Positions 37,962-48,797 of a DNA stretch of 64,000 nt are shown here, one piece after another. The first letter of the stretch is position 1. Each line of letters opens with the position of its first letter. The translations under genes and the position numbers were made by a program. Under the pieces are notes generated by a model. The model did no database searches. It was not told the DNA's origin and worked only from the letters and a program-made list of their open reading frames with translations. The DNA is from Bdellovibrionales bacterium (GTDB taxonomy: Bacteria; Myxococcota; XYA12-FULL-58-9; SYDY01): positions 8,444 to 72,443 of the forward strand of contig SYDY01000027.1 of the NCBI GenBank assembly GCA_005801425.1, written 5' to 3'.

Positions 37962-38968
37962 GTATGTTCTCCTGCAATCGCATCAATAAATTGCTCAAGT
38001 GCCGTGGCGGGCGGTATGGCGCTGCCTTTGAGCGCGCTGTCGGTATCCATGGCCTGCTGTAACGCGATCATGAGTTGATGGGTGGTATGGTGTTTGGCTT
38101 GCGCGGCAAAGCTGTCGTTCAGAAAAGGCGGTACGCCTGCATCGCGGAGCGCCTGGGCGCGGGAAATCCCAGAATCCAAAGTTGATCGAAACAACAACAG
38201 CATGCGCAATTGCCTGGTGATCATGGCGAGAATTTGCAGGGGCGCATCACCGCGGCGCATGGCATAGCGCAGGGCCATGCGTGCTTTGTCTTTGTCTTTG
38301 TTGCCGATGGCATCGGTGAGTGCAAAGATCGATTGAATATCACCGAGATCGCATGTTTCGCGAATCGCTTCGACGTCCACCGATTTTTTGGGGTCACCAT
38401 GATAACAAAATGCGCGATCCAAGGCCATATCGATGCTTGCGGTTTCGGCCTGGATGTTCATGGCCAATAGGGCAATGGCATCGTGATCTATGGTGATCCC
38501 GAGGCGATCAGCACGGCGTTTGATAAATGCGGGAAGCTGTGCACGACCCGGCGGTTCGAGAAGGAAGCATGCAGGGAGTGATGCGAGTTGTTTTCCTAAG
38601 AGTGTACGTAAATCGGGTTTTTGTCCCGAGAGGCAGAGGGTCGTGGTTGAGGCCGGTGCTTGCACATATTTAAGCAGCACATCGTTGGCGGCTTTTGGAA
38701 GCTCATGCAGATCCATCACATGCACAAAACGTCGGGATGCCATCATCGGCAAGGTATGAACAGCGGCTGAAAAACGGTCGGCGTCAAATTCGCGTCCGTT
38801 AAATATATCGTGATTGAAATCCCAGGCTTGGTTTGTGCAAAGCGTTTGAACGAAATGTATTGCTTCCTCATTCAACGCGCGATCGGATCCAAAGACACCA
38901 AAGATCGCGGGTGGACCCTGTTTTGCGAGTATGTTCTGGTAAGCATCAAAATCGTGTCGTAAAGGCAT
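37958..38968 (-). CDS. holA: DNA polymerase III subunit delta
   Basis: ORF 37958..39025. The HolA-like N-terminus begins at the Met at 38968 (MPLRHDFDAYQNILAKQGPPAIFGVFGSD). The size is typical of HolA. Confidence 0.75.
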   Translation of the reverse strand: MPLRHDFDAYQNILAKQGPPAIFGVFGSDRALNEEAIHFVQTLCTNQAWDFNHDIFNGREFDADRFSAAVHTLPMMASRRFVHVMDLHELPKAANDVLLKYVQAPASTTTLCLSGQKPDLRTLLGKQLASLPACFLLEPPGRAQLPAFIKRRADRLGITIDHDAIALLAMNIQAETASIDMALDRAFCYHGDPKKSVDVEAIRETCDLGDIQSIFALTDAIGNKDKDKARMALRYAMRRGDAPLQILAMITRQLRMLLLFRSTLDSGISRAQALRDAGVPPFLNDSFAAQAKHHTTHQLMIALQQAMDTDSALKGSAIPPATALEQFIDAIAGEHT

Positions 38969-39093
38969 TGCGTTGGGATTAAACCGGCAACCCCCTGGCT
39001 TGCAAGGCACCTGGTCTTGCATCACCTTGCATCCGTACCCGGCCGGATGATAGATGTCACGGGGTTTAGTGGGGACTTCGTAAGCAAACGTAA

Positions 39094-40143
<1,050 letters not shown>

Positions 40144-40147
40144 GATC

Positions 40148-41104
40148 ATGACCCGATCAAAACCAAGGCAATCTGCGAAGGGGCGAGGTTCCTGGGGTTC
40201 GAGCTTAGGGCACCACGGCGGCCTGATGGTCGTATGCGTGCTCGTTGCCATCTCCACGATCATCTACTTTTCACAACGACATGACAGTGTTCGTGTCTCA
40301 TCGTGGTTTGATGAAACCATTGTCACACTGACAGCACCGTTTTCCTGGATAGGTTCATTCACTGCCCAGGGCGTGGGAGGTGTGTGGTCATCGTATGTGA
40401 TGCTTGTGAACACCGAGGCCGATAACAAACGCCTGCTCGCCGAAAACGATGTGCTCAAGCGTGAGCTTGTGCAGCGTGAAGAGATACAACTTGAAAATGC
40501 ACGGCTCAATGCTTTGCTCGGTTTACAACATAAGCTCCCCAATACCCAAATGATCGTCGCCCATGTGATTGCGAGTTCTCCATCGACGCTCTATCGCTCC
40601 ATTCGTATCGATCGCGGTACCAGCGATGGGATCCGTTTGGGGGCCGCGGTATTATCTCACGAGGGTGTGGTGGGCCGCATTGGTGCGGTAACGCGTCATT
40701 TTAGCGATGTGATCCTTGTGGTCGATCCCAACAGTTCAATTGATGTTTTGGTGCAGCGTACGCGCGCTTGGGCACGGATCCGAGGCAGTGGAACACGCAT
40801 GGATCCAGGCATTCGTGTGGAATATTTACGACGTACCGATGACGTCGCACCAGGCGATCAGTTTATCACCAGCGGGCGTGGATCTGTATTTCCCAAAGGG
40901 ATCCCCGTTGGGCAGGTGCGTGAAGTGGAACATGGTGCATTTGGATTGTATCAATACGCCGATGTGACACCCGTCGCTGATTTTTCACGTTTGGAAACGG
41001 TGATGGTGGTGACGTCAACATCGGATCTGGGTGTGGATGATGTTATGATTGAAACCGAAGCAATATGGCCTGACGCTTCAACTGATCCTGGGTCAGCACA
41101 GTGA
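40148..41104 (+). CDS. mreC: Rod shape-determining protein MreC
   Basis: Follows mreB directly. N-terminal TM, a coiled-coil region and the MreC beta domain. Confidence 0.85.
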   Translation: MTRSKPRQSAKGRGSWGSSLGHHGGLMVVCVLVAISTIIYFSQRHDSVRVSSWFDETIVTLTAPFSWIGSFTAQGVGGVWSSYVMLVNTEADNKRLLAENDVLKRELVQREEIQLENARLNALLGLQHKLPNTQMIVAHVIASSPSTLYRSIRIDRGTSDGIRLGAAVLSHEGVVGRIGAVTRHFSDVILVVDPNSSIDVLVQRTRAWARIRGSGTRMDPGIRVEYLRRTDDVAPGDQFITSGRGSVFPKGIPVGQVREVEHGAFGLYQYADVTPVADFSRLETVMVVTSTSDLGVDDVMIETEAIWPDASTDPGSAQ

Positions 41105-41619
41105 GCGGCATTGCTTGGGCATTGGGTGGCACGCTGTGGTTTTTGATGACCACAACCTGCGCTGCCTGGTGGCAGCGGGTGGCAGCATGGCCTATGCCCG
41201 TTGTGATTCTCGTTGTGTTTTTGTCGAGTCGTTGGTCGGCGCCCGCAGTCGTTATTCTTGCCATGTGGCTCGGCTATTTGATGGGCCTCCAAGATGGCAT
41301 GCCTGTTGGGCATGAAGTGTTGGCCGCCGTGCTGATGGCCTTGACGATGTTTGTGGTGACGGGGCGTATGATCCCCCAAGGCGCGTTTTCGTTTGCGGCT
41401 TTATGTCTCTTTGCGACCGTGGTCCACGAACTGATGTTGTGGATGTTGCGTTTACCGCAGAGCACCGTGTCGTTTGCCGATTTGATGCCGATCCTTGGGT
41501 GGCGTGCTGGGGTAACAGGTTGCACGGGACTTGTTTTGTATCCTGTTTTTATTCGTATATCACCAAGCAGCGGTTTTGATATGTCGCTTCCGCGTGCACG
41601 GGTGATGGGGGTGCGTTAG
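41101..41619 (+). CDS. mreD: Rod shape-determining protein MreD
   Basis: 172-aa polytopic membrane protein overlapping the mreC stop, in the conserved mreBCD position. Confidence 0.7.
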   Translation: MSGIAWALGGTLWFLMTTTCAAWWQRVAAWPMPVVILVVFLSSRWSAPAVVILAMWLGYLMGLQDGMPVGHEVLAAVLMALTMFVVTGRMIPQGAFSFAALCLFATVVHELMLWMLRLPQSTVSFADLMPILGWRAGVTGCTGLVLYPVFIRISPSSGFDMSLPRARVMGVR

Positions 41620-41623
41620 ATTC

Positions 41624-43615
41624 ATGTTTCGGCAGACACCAGCGCAGTGGACCGTGCGCGGTATGCGACAACGGCTTGGCATTGCAGGTGCTTTTATTGG
41701 GATTTGTTTTTTAATCCTGATCGGGCGCTTGTATTTGTTACAAATCGTTCGTGGCGACGAATTGACCAACCAAGGGCAACGCAACTTTGTACAGCGCGCG
41801 CGTATTCAACATGATCGTGGGATTGTGTATGATCGCAACGGCCATATTTTAGCCGACAATCGCCCATCGCTTGATGTGCAAGTGACCAGTGCATTTTTAG
41901 GCCGTGGTCGCGAAGGTGAAGCCACGTTGCAACGTCTTGCACAGCTTCTCGATCTTGAAGAGAATGTTTATAAAACTGCCGTAAAAACCCACCGTCAAAA
42001 TAAAGGGCTTGAGCTGTTTCGCTCGTTTATTGTCGCGCGCGATTTAAGCCCCGACCAAATTGATGCCATCGAAACACAACGCGCTTTGTTTCAATTGGAT
42101 GGCGTTGAAGTGGTGGTGGGCCGTAGGCGTTTTTATCCTTATGGTAAAGTTGCGGCCCATGTTTTGGGCTTTGTAAATGAAATCGATCCGCAAGCACTGG
42201 CGCAAGAGCGTGCACGGGGCAATCCGCAGCGATACATGGCGGGTGATGCGACAGGACGTTTTGGGATTGAACGATCGTTTGAGTCGTATTTGCGCGGACA
42301 GGATGGTGTTGAAAAAGTTGTTGTAGACGCCAAAGGACGGCGCCAAGAAGAGTCTTTGGTTGCAGCGCTCTTAGGCGAAAAACGACGCATTGTGCCCGTA
42401 CCTGGTGATAATTTATATCTTACGATCGACATTGAATTGCAAAAGGCCGCAGAAGCCGCTTTCTTTGGGCGTTCAGGCAGTGCCATCGCCATGGATCCCA
42501 ACACGGGTGAAGTGCTCGCCATGCTGTCGTTTCCTGCCTTTGATCCCAATTTGGTGGGTGAAAAAGTAGATGTCGATGTCAAGCGTGCGCTTGATAATGA
42601 TCCTCTCAAGCCATGGATCAACCGCACCATCGCAGGCCAATATGTGCCGGGCTCTACATTTAAAGTTGTTGGCGCTCTGGCGGGATTGAACTCTCATGTT
42701 GTGAGTGCGCACGACAATATCGATTGTCGTGGTACATTTCACATGGGTCGTCACGTGTGGCGTTGCCACAAAGATGAAGGCCATGGTCATGTCGATCTTA
42801 CGCGCTCACTTCAGGTGTCGTGCGACGTGTTTTATTACACGGTTGCGTCGCGGATGGGGATTGAGCCCCTGGCGGCCATGGGACGCATGTTGGGGCTTGG
42901 GCATCGTACGGGCATTGAGCTTGTGGGCGAAAAATCGGGTGTAGTCCCTGATGAAGCGTACCATGATAAGTACGACCGTTTAAGCGGTGGTTATCAACGC
43001 GGCATGGTGATCAATGATGTGATCGGTCAAGGCGCTGTGCTGGTGACGCCGATCCAACTGGCGCGCGCCTATGCCGCCATTGCCAATGGTGGACGTGTTC
43101 TTAAACCGCAAATTGTACACCATGTTGAAACGGCTGATTTTCGTTTGACACGGCGTGGGTTGTGGGAATCGGGCGGCGCCATCGGCGAAGATGTCATCGG
43201 TACACCGGCTTCCACCGTACGGGTTTTCGAGCCTGAGCTTGTCAATCAGATGAGTGTTCCTGCCAGCGAATTGCGTGCAGTGCTTGATGGCTTGGAAGCC
43301 GTGATGCAACCAGGCGGTACAGGCTACAGCAATCGATCAAAACTTGTGACGATGGGTGGTAAAACAGGAACGGCACAGGTGGTGCAGCTTGGAAAAAAAC
43401 GACTCGATGTTGAAGACATGGATTATTTCACCCGCGATCATGCGTGGTTTGTGGGATATGCGCCGACTGAACATCCAGAAATTGTGGTGACCGTGCTCAA
43501 TGAACACTCAGGCCATGGCGGTAGTCAATCGGCGCCCATTGCAACGGCAATTATTGATGCATTTTTTACGTTGAAGGCCGCACGCCTTGCGGCTGCCGCA
43601 GGAGATGAACCGTGA
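41624..43615 (+). CDS. mrdA: Penicillin-binding protein 2 (peptidoglycan D,D-transpeptidase)
   Basis: SxxK (GSTFKVV), SxN (SCD) and KTG (KTGTAQ) motifs, with an N-terminal TM anchor. Confidence 0.9.
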   Translation: MFRQTPAQWTVRGMRQRLGIAGAFIGICFLILIGRLYLLQIVRGDELTNQGQRNFVQRARIQHDRGIVYDRNGHILADNRPSLDVQVTSAFLGRGREGEATLQRLAQLLDLEENVYKTAVKTHRQNKGLELFRSFIVARDLSPDQIDAIETQRALFQLDGVEVVVGRRRFYPYGKVAAHVLGFVNEIDPQALAQERARGNPQRYMAGDATGRFGIERSFESYLRGQDGVEKVVVDAKGRRQEESLVAALLGEKRRIVPVPGDNLYLTIDIELQKAAEAAFFGRSGSAIAMDPNTGEVLAMLSFPAFDPNLVGEKVDVDVKRALDNDPLKPWINRTIAGQYVPGSTFKVVGALAGLNSHVVSAHDNIDCRGTFHMGRHVWRCHKDEGHGHVDLTRSLQVSCDVFYYTVASRMGIEPLAAMGRMLGLGHRTGIELVGEKSGVVPDEAYHDKYDRLSGGYQRGMVINDVIGQGAVLVTPIQLARAYAAIANGGRVLKPQIVHHVETADFRLTRRGLWESGGAIGEDVIGTPASTVRVFEPELVNQMSVPASELRAVLDGLEAVMQPGGTGYSNRSKLVTMGGKTGTAQVVQLGKKRLDVEDMDYFTRDHAWFVGYAPTEHPEIVVTVLNEHSGHGGSQSAPIATAIIDAFFTLKAARLAAAAGDEP

Positions 43616-45246
43616 AACGTTCGTGGTTTGGGCTCGCGGAAATTCATTGGGGTCTTATTGCCGTCACGTGCTGTATCATCGCTTTGGGTGTGTACAACTT
43701 GCATTCGGCTGCGGCTGCACATGCGCCTGATTTGTATATGACCCAATTGAGTTGGGCGGGTGCCGGTGCGCTTGGTGTGATTGTGTTGATGATGGTGGAT
43801 TACCGTTTTTCAGGGACGGTGGCCTACATCTTTTATGCCATTGCTTGTGTGTTGCTGGCCATGGTGTTGGTTCATGGTCGCATTGTGAGTGGATCACAAC
43901 GTTGGCTTGCCATTGGGCCGATCTTGTTTCAGCCCAGTGAAATTGCAAAACTTGCAACTCTATGTTGTGTGGCACGCTATTTTTCCCATCGCATACAACC
44001 CGAAGGTTACACGTTGGGATGGATTGTGCGTCCATTAAACATCTCTCGCCCGCTCGCTGGGATTGCGGCGTTGGCGATGGCCTGGAATAATCCATGGCTT
44101 GCCGATCCTGTTCAGAAACTCGCGCTTCGCGTGCAAGAAGGTATTGATCCAGCAGCCGTTACAGTGCCCACGGAAGAGCTGTGGTGGTTTCGTGGTGTGT
44201 GGGTTTTTTTAATCGCGCTTTGTTCAACGCTCGCGGTGCTCGCCATTCTTCGCATTAAAAAAAATCGTGAGTTGCTAGACCCATGGCCGCCTGGCCGTGC
44301 GCGTTTGTGGTTGATTTTAACAGGTGTCCTGACCGCCGCGTTGGTTGGGTGTTTGGCCTATCAATGGCAAACACCGTTTATTCGCGATCCTGTTGGTACG
44401 CTCTTGCAGTGGCTCATTCAGATTGTCGTTGTGTCTGAAGAGCCTTCTCCCTACGCATGGCTTGGGCTTGCACTGCGATTGGGATTTTCGCTTGTCTTGA
44501 TTCTTTACTTGTTTTTGGCTGTGCACACGTCGATACGTTTTAAAGGTTCACGTATCGATTTGTTGGTCGCTCCCCTGGATATTTTGGCGCTGCCCACGGC
44601 CCTGGTGCTCGTTCAGCCTGATTTGGGCACAGCAGGGATCATCGGTCTGATTGGGTTTAGCATTGTTTTGATTGCAGGGATCAGGGCACGTTCTTTAATT
44701 TCTCTTGGAATTGCTTCTGCATTTCTTGCGTATATCGGCTGGTTTGGTGTGCTTAAAGAATATCAAAAGCAGCGTATTCTTACGTTTATTGCCCCCGAAG
44801 AAGACACCATGGGTTCAGGTTGGAATGCCATTCAATCGATGATTGCTGTTGGATCGGGACGATGGCTTGGCAAAGGCCACATGGAAGGCACGCAAACCCA
44901 GCTTTCATTTTTGCCGGAGCAACATACCGATTTTGCGTTCAGTGTATGGTCTGAAGAACAGGGTTTTGTGGGCTGTGTGCTTGTCCTTTGTTTGTATCTT
45001 GTTTTTTTGGGGATGGCCTTATCGATTGCGAGCAGTGCCCGTGATCATTACGGTACGTTGCTTGCCACAGGTGTTGCAGCCATGATCGCGTGGCAAGTCT
45101 TGATCAACGTCGGGATGGTGATCGGTGCGTTCCCTGTGGTTGGGATCACGCTGCCTATGTTTTCTTACGGCGGTTCAAGCATGCTTACTATTTTGGCAGG
45201 TATCGGCTTGCTTCTTAGTATCCACGGGCGGCGAAAAGCGGCGTAA
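43612..45246 (+). CDS. mrdB: SEDS-family peptidoglycan glycosyltransferase RodA (FtsW/RodA/SpoVE), with a ~150-aa insertion
   Basis: Start overlaps the mrdA stop. C-terminal SEDS motifs are present (…PMFSYGGSSML…). At 544 aa it is longer than the typical ~370 aa because of an internal inserted segment. Confidence 0.85.
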   Translation: MKRSWFGLAEIHWGLIAVTCCIIALGVYNLHSAAAAHAPDLYMTQLSWAGAGALGVIVLMMVDYRFSGTVAYIFYAIACVLLAMVLVHGRIVSGSQRWLAIGPILFQPSEIAKLATLCCVARYFSHRIQPEGYTLGWIVRPLNISRPLAGIAALAMAWNNPWLADPVQKLALRVQEGIDPAAVTVPTEELWWFRGVWVFLIALCSTLAVLAILRIKKNRELLDPWPPGRARLWLILTGVLTAALVGCLAYQWQTPFIRDPVGTLLQWLIQIVVVSEEPSPYAWLGLALRLGFSLVLILYLFLAVHTSIRFKGSRIDLLVAPLDILALPTALVLVQPDLGTAGIIGLIGFSIVLIAGIRARSLISLGIASAFLAYIGWFGVLKEYQKQRILTFIAPEEDTMGSGWNAIQSMIAVGSGRWLGKGHMEGTQTQLSFLPEQHTDFAFSVWSEEQGFVGCVLVLCLYLVFLGMALSIASSARDHYGTLLATGVAAMIAWQVLINVGMVIGAFPVVGITLPMFSYGGSSMLTILAGIGLLLSIHGRRKAA

Positions 45247-45268
45247 AACACGTGGGTAGGATTGTTTT

Positions 45269-45359
45269 GTAGGGGCGGTTCGCGAACCGCCCTGTTGTTC
45301 TCAATACATTGTTCGCGCCAATACGTTTGCCTAACGGGCCGTTCACGAACGGCCCCTAC
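45269..45359. repeat. Composite palindromic REP/MITE-like element
   Basis: GTAGGGGCGGTTCGCGAACCGCCC, a 43-nt spacer, then GGGCCGTTCACGAACGGCCCCTAC. It lies between rodA and a truncated nucleotidyltransferase ORF. Confidence 0.85.
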
Positions 45360-45390
45360 AGGATTTTGATATGATGCGTTTTTTTCGCGC

Positions 45391-45606
45391 GTGAAAGGAA
45401 CATCACGTCCCAACTCTGATTTGGATATGGTGGTCTTTTCTGGGCCTCAGCAGAAGACTCAAGTGTCCAACCTGAAAGAGGCATTCGAAGAAAGCAATCT
45501 GCCTTTTAGAGTGGACGTATTTGTGTGGGATGAAATCCCACACAGCTTTCAAGAGAATATTGCTCTGGAACACAAAGTATTGCAGCAGGATATTTCCAAA
45601 AAATAG
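45391..45606 (+). pseudogene. Truncated minimal nucleotidyltransferase (Pol-beta/MNT-like) remnant
   Basis: 71-aa ORF starting at a GTG. It contains (K)GTSRPNSDLDMVVF, which resembles the G[ST]x(9-13)DxD nucleotidyltransferase motif, but lacks the usual N-terminal ~25 residues. The repeat element sits immediately upstream in the same frame. Confidence 0.4.
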
Positions 45607-45633
45607 AGTTCATTCTCTAGTACAATCTATCCT

Positions 45634-48075
45634 ATGGGCGCATTCTTTCGTTTCGCTTTTTTATTGCTCGTTGGGTGTAGTGCTTGCACGAAAGCAGCAG
45701 CTCCGCGTGCTCCTTCTGAGTGTGACATTAGCGAAGTGCTTGTCGGTGATTTATGTCGTAAAGCTTGCAGCACAAACGGCGATTGCGACGGCACTGTATG
45801 CAAAGACTATCAGGGTTTAAATGCATGTAGCGACGATGTTGCGTGCTTAGATACACAAGCATTCGATGGCGCAAAGTGTCGCGATCTCTGCAATGACGAC
45901 AGCACATGCGATGGCAACATGTGCAAAGTGGTGGATCAATCTTCCGTGAAAGTATGCAGCGATGACATGGCCGAAATTGGTGGTGTTGGCTGTGGTTATG
46001 TTGACAATGATGCTGATGGATATGGTGACAGTTGCGATGCATGTCCAGGTGAAATTAGAATTTGGGGTATCGGAAATACGCGAACAGGATGTGCGGATTC
46101 TGATTTAGATTGCATATGCAATGATGAAGACAGTTGTGTGGATGGGGTCACTGATGGTGACCAGGATGGCACACCCGATGCCTGCGATATTTGCCCCAGC
46201 GACAATACCGCATATGCAGGGCATTACAATTCGGCATGTCTGATTGACAGTATGCAGTATTGCCTGCGTACTGGATTGGTTGATGTACCTCAGGAATTAA
46301 GTCAGCCGACCACATGTCTTCCTTCCCCAGAAGATTCCATGAAGTCACAAACCATTGCGGGTTCGCAATATCATGCCGACAGTGATTGTGATGGGGTGGA
46401 TGGTGTTAAGTCACAATCCCTTTTTGTGCGGTGTGATGCTGACGCAATAGTTGCTGATGGAACTTTAGATAAGCCATTCCAAACCATATCAAAGGCCCTT
46501 GCGTGCATTGTGAATTCTTCTTTAAGCGGATGCAGTAATGTTGCTAATGTTATTGGGGTTATCAGCACATTCAATGCGACGCACGATCCAGATATTAAAA
46601 TCAATGTGATGGTGAGTGCAGAAAATGTGAATGGGGATCCTTGCACGTATGCAGAATCTCTCGATGTGAGCAATGCGGTTGTCAATGTTTTTGGTGCCTA
46701 TCGTCAGGATTTCCATGTGCGTTTGCCAGGAAGTCCAAGTGTTGTAGCGCCCACAACAACAGGCCCAGCACTTTTTGGAAATGGCCAATATACCGATGTT
46801 CTTTTTGATGGATTCAAGTTTGTTGCTCAAGTGGGCAATGTTTCCGCTCCAACATCTGTGGGTATTGTTATAGGCAACGCGAGAGCCTTCAAACTAAAAA
46901 GTAGCGAGGTTCAGTCGGGGAAAGGATATGATAATGCCACACTTTCCGCACCAGTTGCGCCGTCACCATCAACCGTAAAAGGATGTAATGGCGGAATAGC
47001 CACGTGCCAGGGGCAACAAAACGATAACGATGCAACATACACCAGCGCAGGTGGGCAGAATCTGAACACCGGTAGTTGTCGCCATGATTCAGGTATTAAT
47101 GGAGGTGAGGGCAAGGCCACCCGCCCAAGCGGTGGCTGTAGCGGCGGTTCATCCAAGCAGAATTTCGCTGCAGGTAATACTTCACAAGTATCATTGGAGA
47201 TTGCGGGTCAACCGGGCACTGGTGGAACCGCTGCTAACCAAGGTTGTACCAGCGACAGTGGTAATTGTTGTGGTTGTGCGAGGCTATATTCTGGAGGTGG
47301 TGGTGGTAGCGGGAGTACTCCTGCAGGTTCCAGCATCAACCTAAGTACATATTGGAATTTCCTGTCACAGATATCATTGGCAACACCCAGTGCTCTCAAG
47401 GCAGTCAATGGCGCCAATGGCCTCAATGGTCTCCATGGTGGGTCAGGCGGTGGTGGCGCAGGGGGTGGTCTGTGGCAATGTGAAAACGACGATAATTATG
47501 TCGCCGTGGGTGGATCTGCAGGAGGCGCGGGTGGAACTGGCGGTACAGGCGGTATCGGTGGTATCGGAGGTGGCCATAGCATTGCGTTATGGATCCATCA
47601 GAGCAGCAGTAGCAATGCTGTCGAATTGAGCTGTAATCGCTTAAACGTGCAATCAGGTGGCATTGGGCAAAGTGGTGGTTCTGGTGGCTTGGGCGCTGCG
47701 GGTGGTTCGGGTGGTGAGACTAAATACTGTGATATTGATGAGACGGATATTACCTCTGGTGCTGGGGGAAATGGTGGCCAAGGGGGGCGAGGTGCACCAG
47801 GTCAAGGAGGCAGCGGTGGTGCATCGGTGCCGATTTTATTCACCACGGATGGCGTAAACAGTGCAGGACCCTACTGTATCGAACCAAATATCTATTGCAT
47901 GATTTCAACACAAACCCCAGCGATGGGTGGTGCTGGTGGTGCGGGCTACACGACATCAACATCAACGACGTTGTTGGATCCAACCAAAAATGGATTGAAG
48001 GGCTTAGATGGAGTGATAAACAAAGAATGCGCATGCAATGTGAGTTCTTCGCCGGTGAGCTGCAGCTGCAATTGA
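45634..48075 (+). CDS. Large Cys-rich lipoprotein with thrombospondin-type-3-like Ca-binding repeats, a beta-helix-like core and a Gly-rich C-terminal region
   Basis: Signal plus lipobox (LLVGCSAC). Repeats of the form DNDADGYGDSCDACP and DGDQDGTPDACDICPSD. A long GGxGGxGG Gly-rich tract and a Cys-rich C-terminus (KECACN…CSCN). Confidence 0.6.
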   Translation: MGAFFRFAFLLLVGCSACTKAAAPRAPSECDISEVLVGDLCRKACSTNGDCDGTVCKDYQGLNACSDDVACLDTQAFDGAKCRDLCNDDSTCDGNMCKVVDQSSVKVCSDDMAEIGGVGCGYVDNDADGYGDSCDACPGEIRIWGIGNTRTGCADSDLDCICNDEDSCVDGVTDGDQDGTPDACDICPSDNTAYAGHYNSACLIDSMQYCLRTGLVDVPQELSQPTTCLPSPEDSMKSQTIAGSQYHADSDCDGVDGVKSQSLFVRCDADAIVADGTLDKPFQTISKALACIVNSSLSGCSNVANVIGVISTFNATHDPDIKINVMVSAENVNGDPCTYAESLDVSNAVVNVFGAYRQDFHVRLPGSPSVVAPTTTGPALFGNGQYTDVLFDGFKFVAQVGNVSAPTSVGIVIGNARAFKLKSSEVQSGKGYDNATLSAPVAPSPSTVKGCNGGIATCQGQQNDNDATYTSAGGQNLNTGSCRHDSGINGGEGKATRPSGGCSGGSSKQNFAAGNTSQVSLEIAGQPGTGGTAANQGCTSDSGNCCGCARLYSGGGGGSGSTPAGSSINLSTYWNFLSQISLATPSALKAVNGANGLNGLHGGSGGGGAGGGLWQCENDDNYVAVGGSAGGAGGTGGTGGIGGIGGGHSIALWIHQSSSSNAVELSCNRLNVQSGGIGQSGGSGGLGAAGGSGGETKYCDIDETDITSGAGGNGGQGGRGAPGQGGSGGASVPILFTTDGVNSAGPYCIEPNIYCMISTQTPAMGGAGGAGYTTSTSTTLLDPTKNGLKGLDGVINKECACNVSSSPVSCSCN

Positions 48076-48159
48076 CCCAAGCATTGCCATAGGAAATACA
48101 CACGATCCTAAAGCGTTTTTTTTCGCGATGTGTGGGACCATGTCGTGCCGATGCCGTGA

Positions 48160-48609
48160 TGTGGACAAAAAGGTGGCTCTGGAGGTGGGGGTGGTGAGGG
48201 TAAATATTCGGCTGTTGCGAATACCTGGGATTGGTACCCAGAGACCTCATATTGCCCGGCTGACGGCGTTTACATTCTTGGTGGCTTTGGGGGTAATGGT
48301 TTCAGCGGCTTTGATGGTACGCCCGGACAAGGTGGCAGTGGCGGTGCATCGTTGCCGCTCTTGATTGTTACGCCCACCCCGTTTTCTTCACATTATTGTA
48401 GTTCTCTTAACAACTGCACGAACGTTGCACAAACCGGATTGCCTGGTGCGGGCGGTGATGCCCTTTCGGGAGAGCATGGACCCAGGGGACCCAATGGCAA
48501 TCCCGGCTTAACGGGGGTTCTGGCAAAAGAATGCATTTGCAATGACCCCGGATCGGGCAATGTGTGCTGCAACTGCGATGTTGATTCGAGAAATTCTTGT
48601 GCTCAGTAA
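48160..48609 (+). pseudogene. Partial tandem duplicate of the C-terminal module of the preceding lipoprotein gene (no obvious start codon)
   Basis: The frame is open from the stop at 48157-48159. It translates as GQKGGSGGGGG…GFDGTPGQGGSGGASLPLLIVTPTP…KECICNDPGSGNVCCNCDVDSRNSCAQ, which parallels …GQGGSGGASVPILFTTDG…KECACNVSSSPVSCSCN of the upstream gene. ORF 48352..48609 is the tail of this frame. Confidence 0.4.
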
Positions 48610-48712
48610 GGCACATGGCCCTGCTGTAATTGGCCGAAGCGAACACCGAGGCCATGTCTTTGAGCTGCAGGGGGGCGGTTTCAGTAGCAATTATTATATG
48701 ACATGGTACAAT

Positions 48713-48742
48713 AAAACCGCCGTTTGTATTATTCGGTTTTCG
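48713..48742 (+). terminator. Putative rho-independent terminator
   Basis: AAAACCG stem, 14-nt loop, CGGTTTT stem, then a T-rich stretch. Located downstream of the lipoprotein/duplicate region. Confidence 0.35.
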
Positions 48743-48797
48743 ACTATTTCTGGAGGCTATCATTTCCATATTTAATGTCTCTCCAGAAATCCAGTAC

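Noticed and set aside
47200-47900. Highly repetitive GGxGGxGG-coding DNA, considered as a possible CRISPR array or tandem-repeat locus
   Set aside because: The repeats are degenerate and in-frame within the lipoprotein CDS (a glycine-rich tract). There is no regular repeat-spacer periodicity.
48128-48364. ORF 48128..48364 (MCGTMSCRCRDVDKK…)
   Set aside because: It is out of frame with the duplicated lipoprotein module that explains this DNA, so it is probably not the expressed frame.
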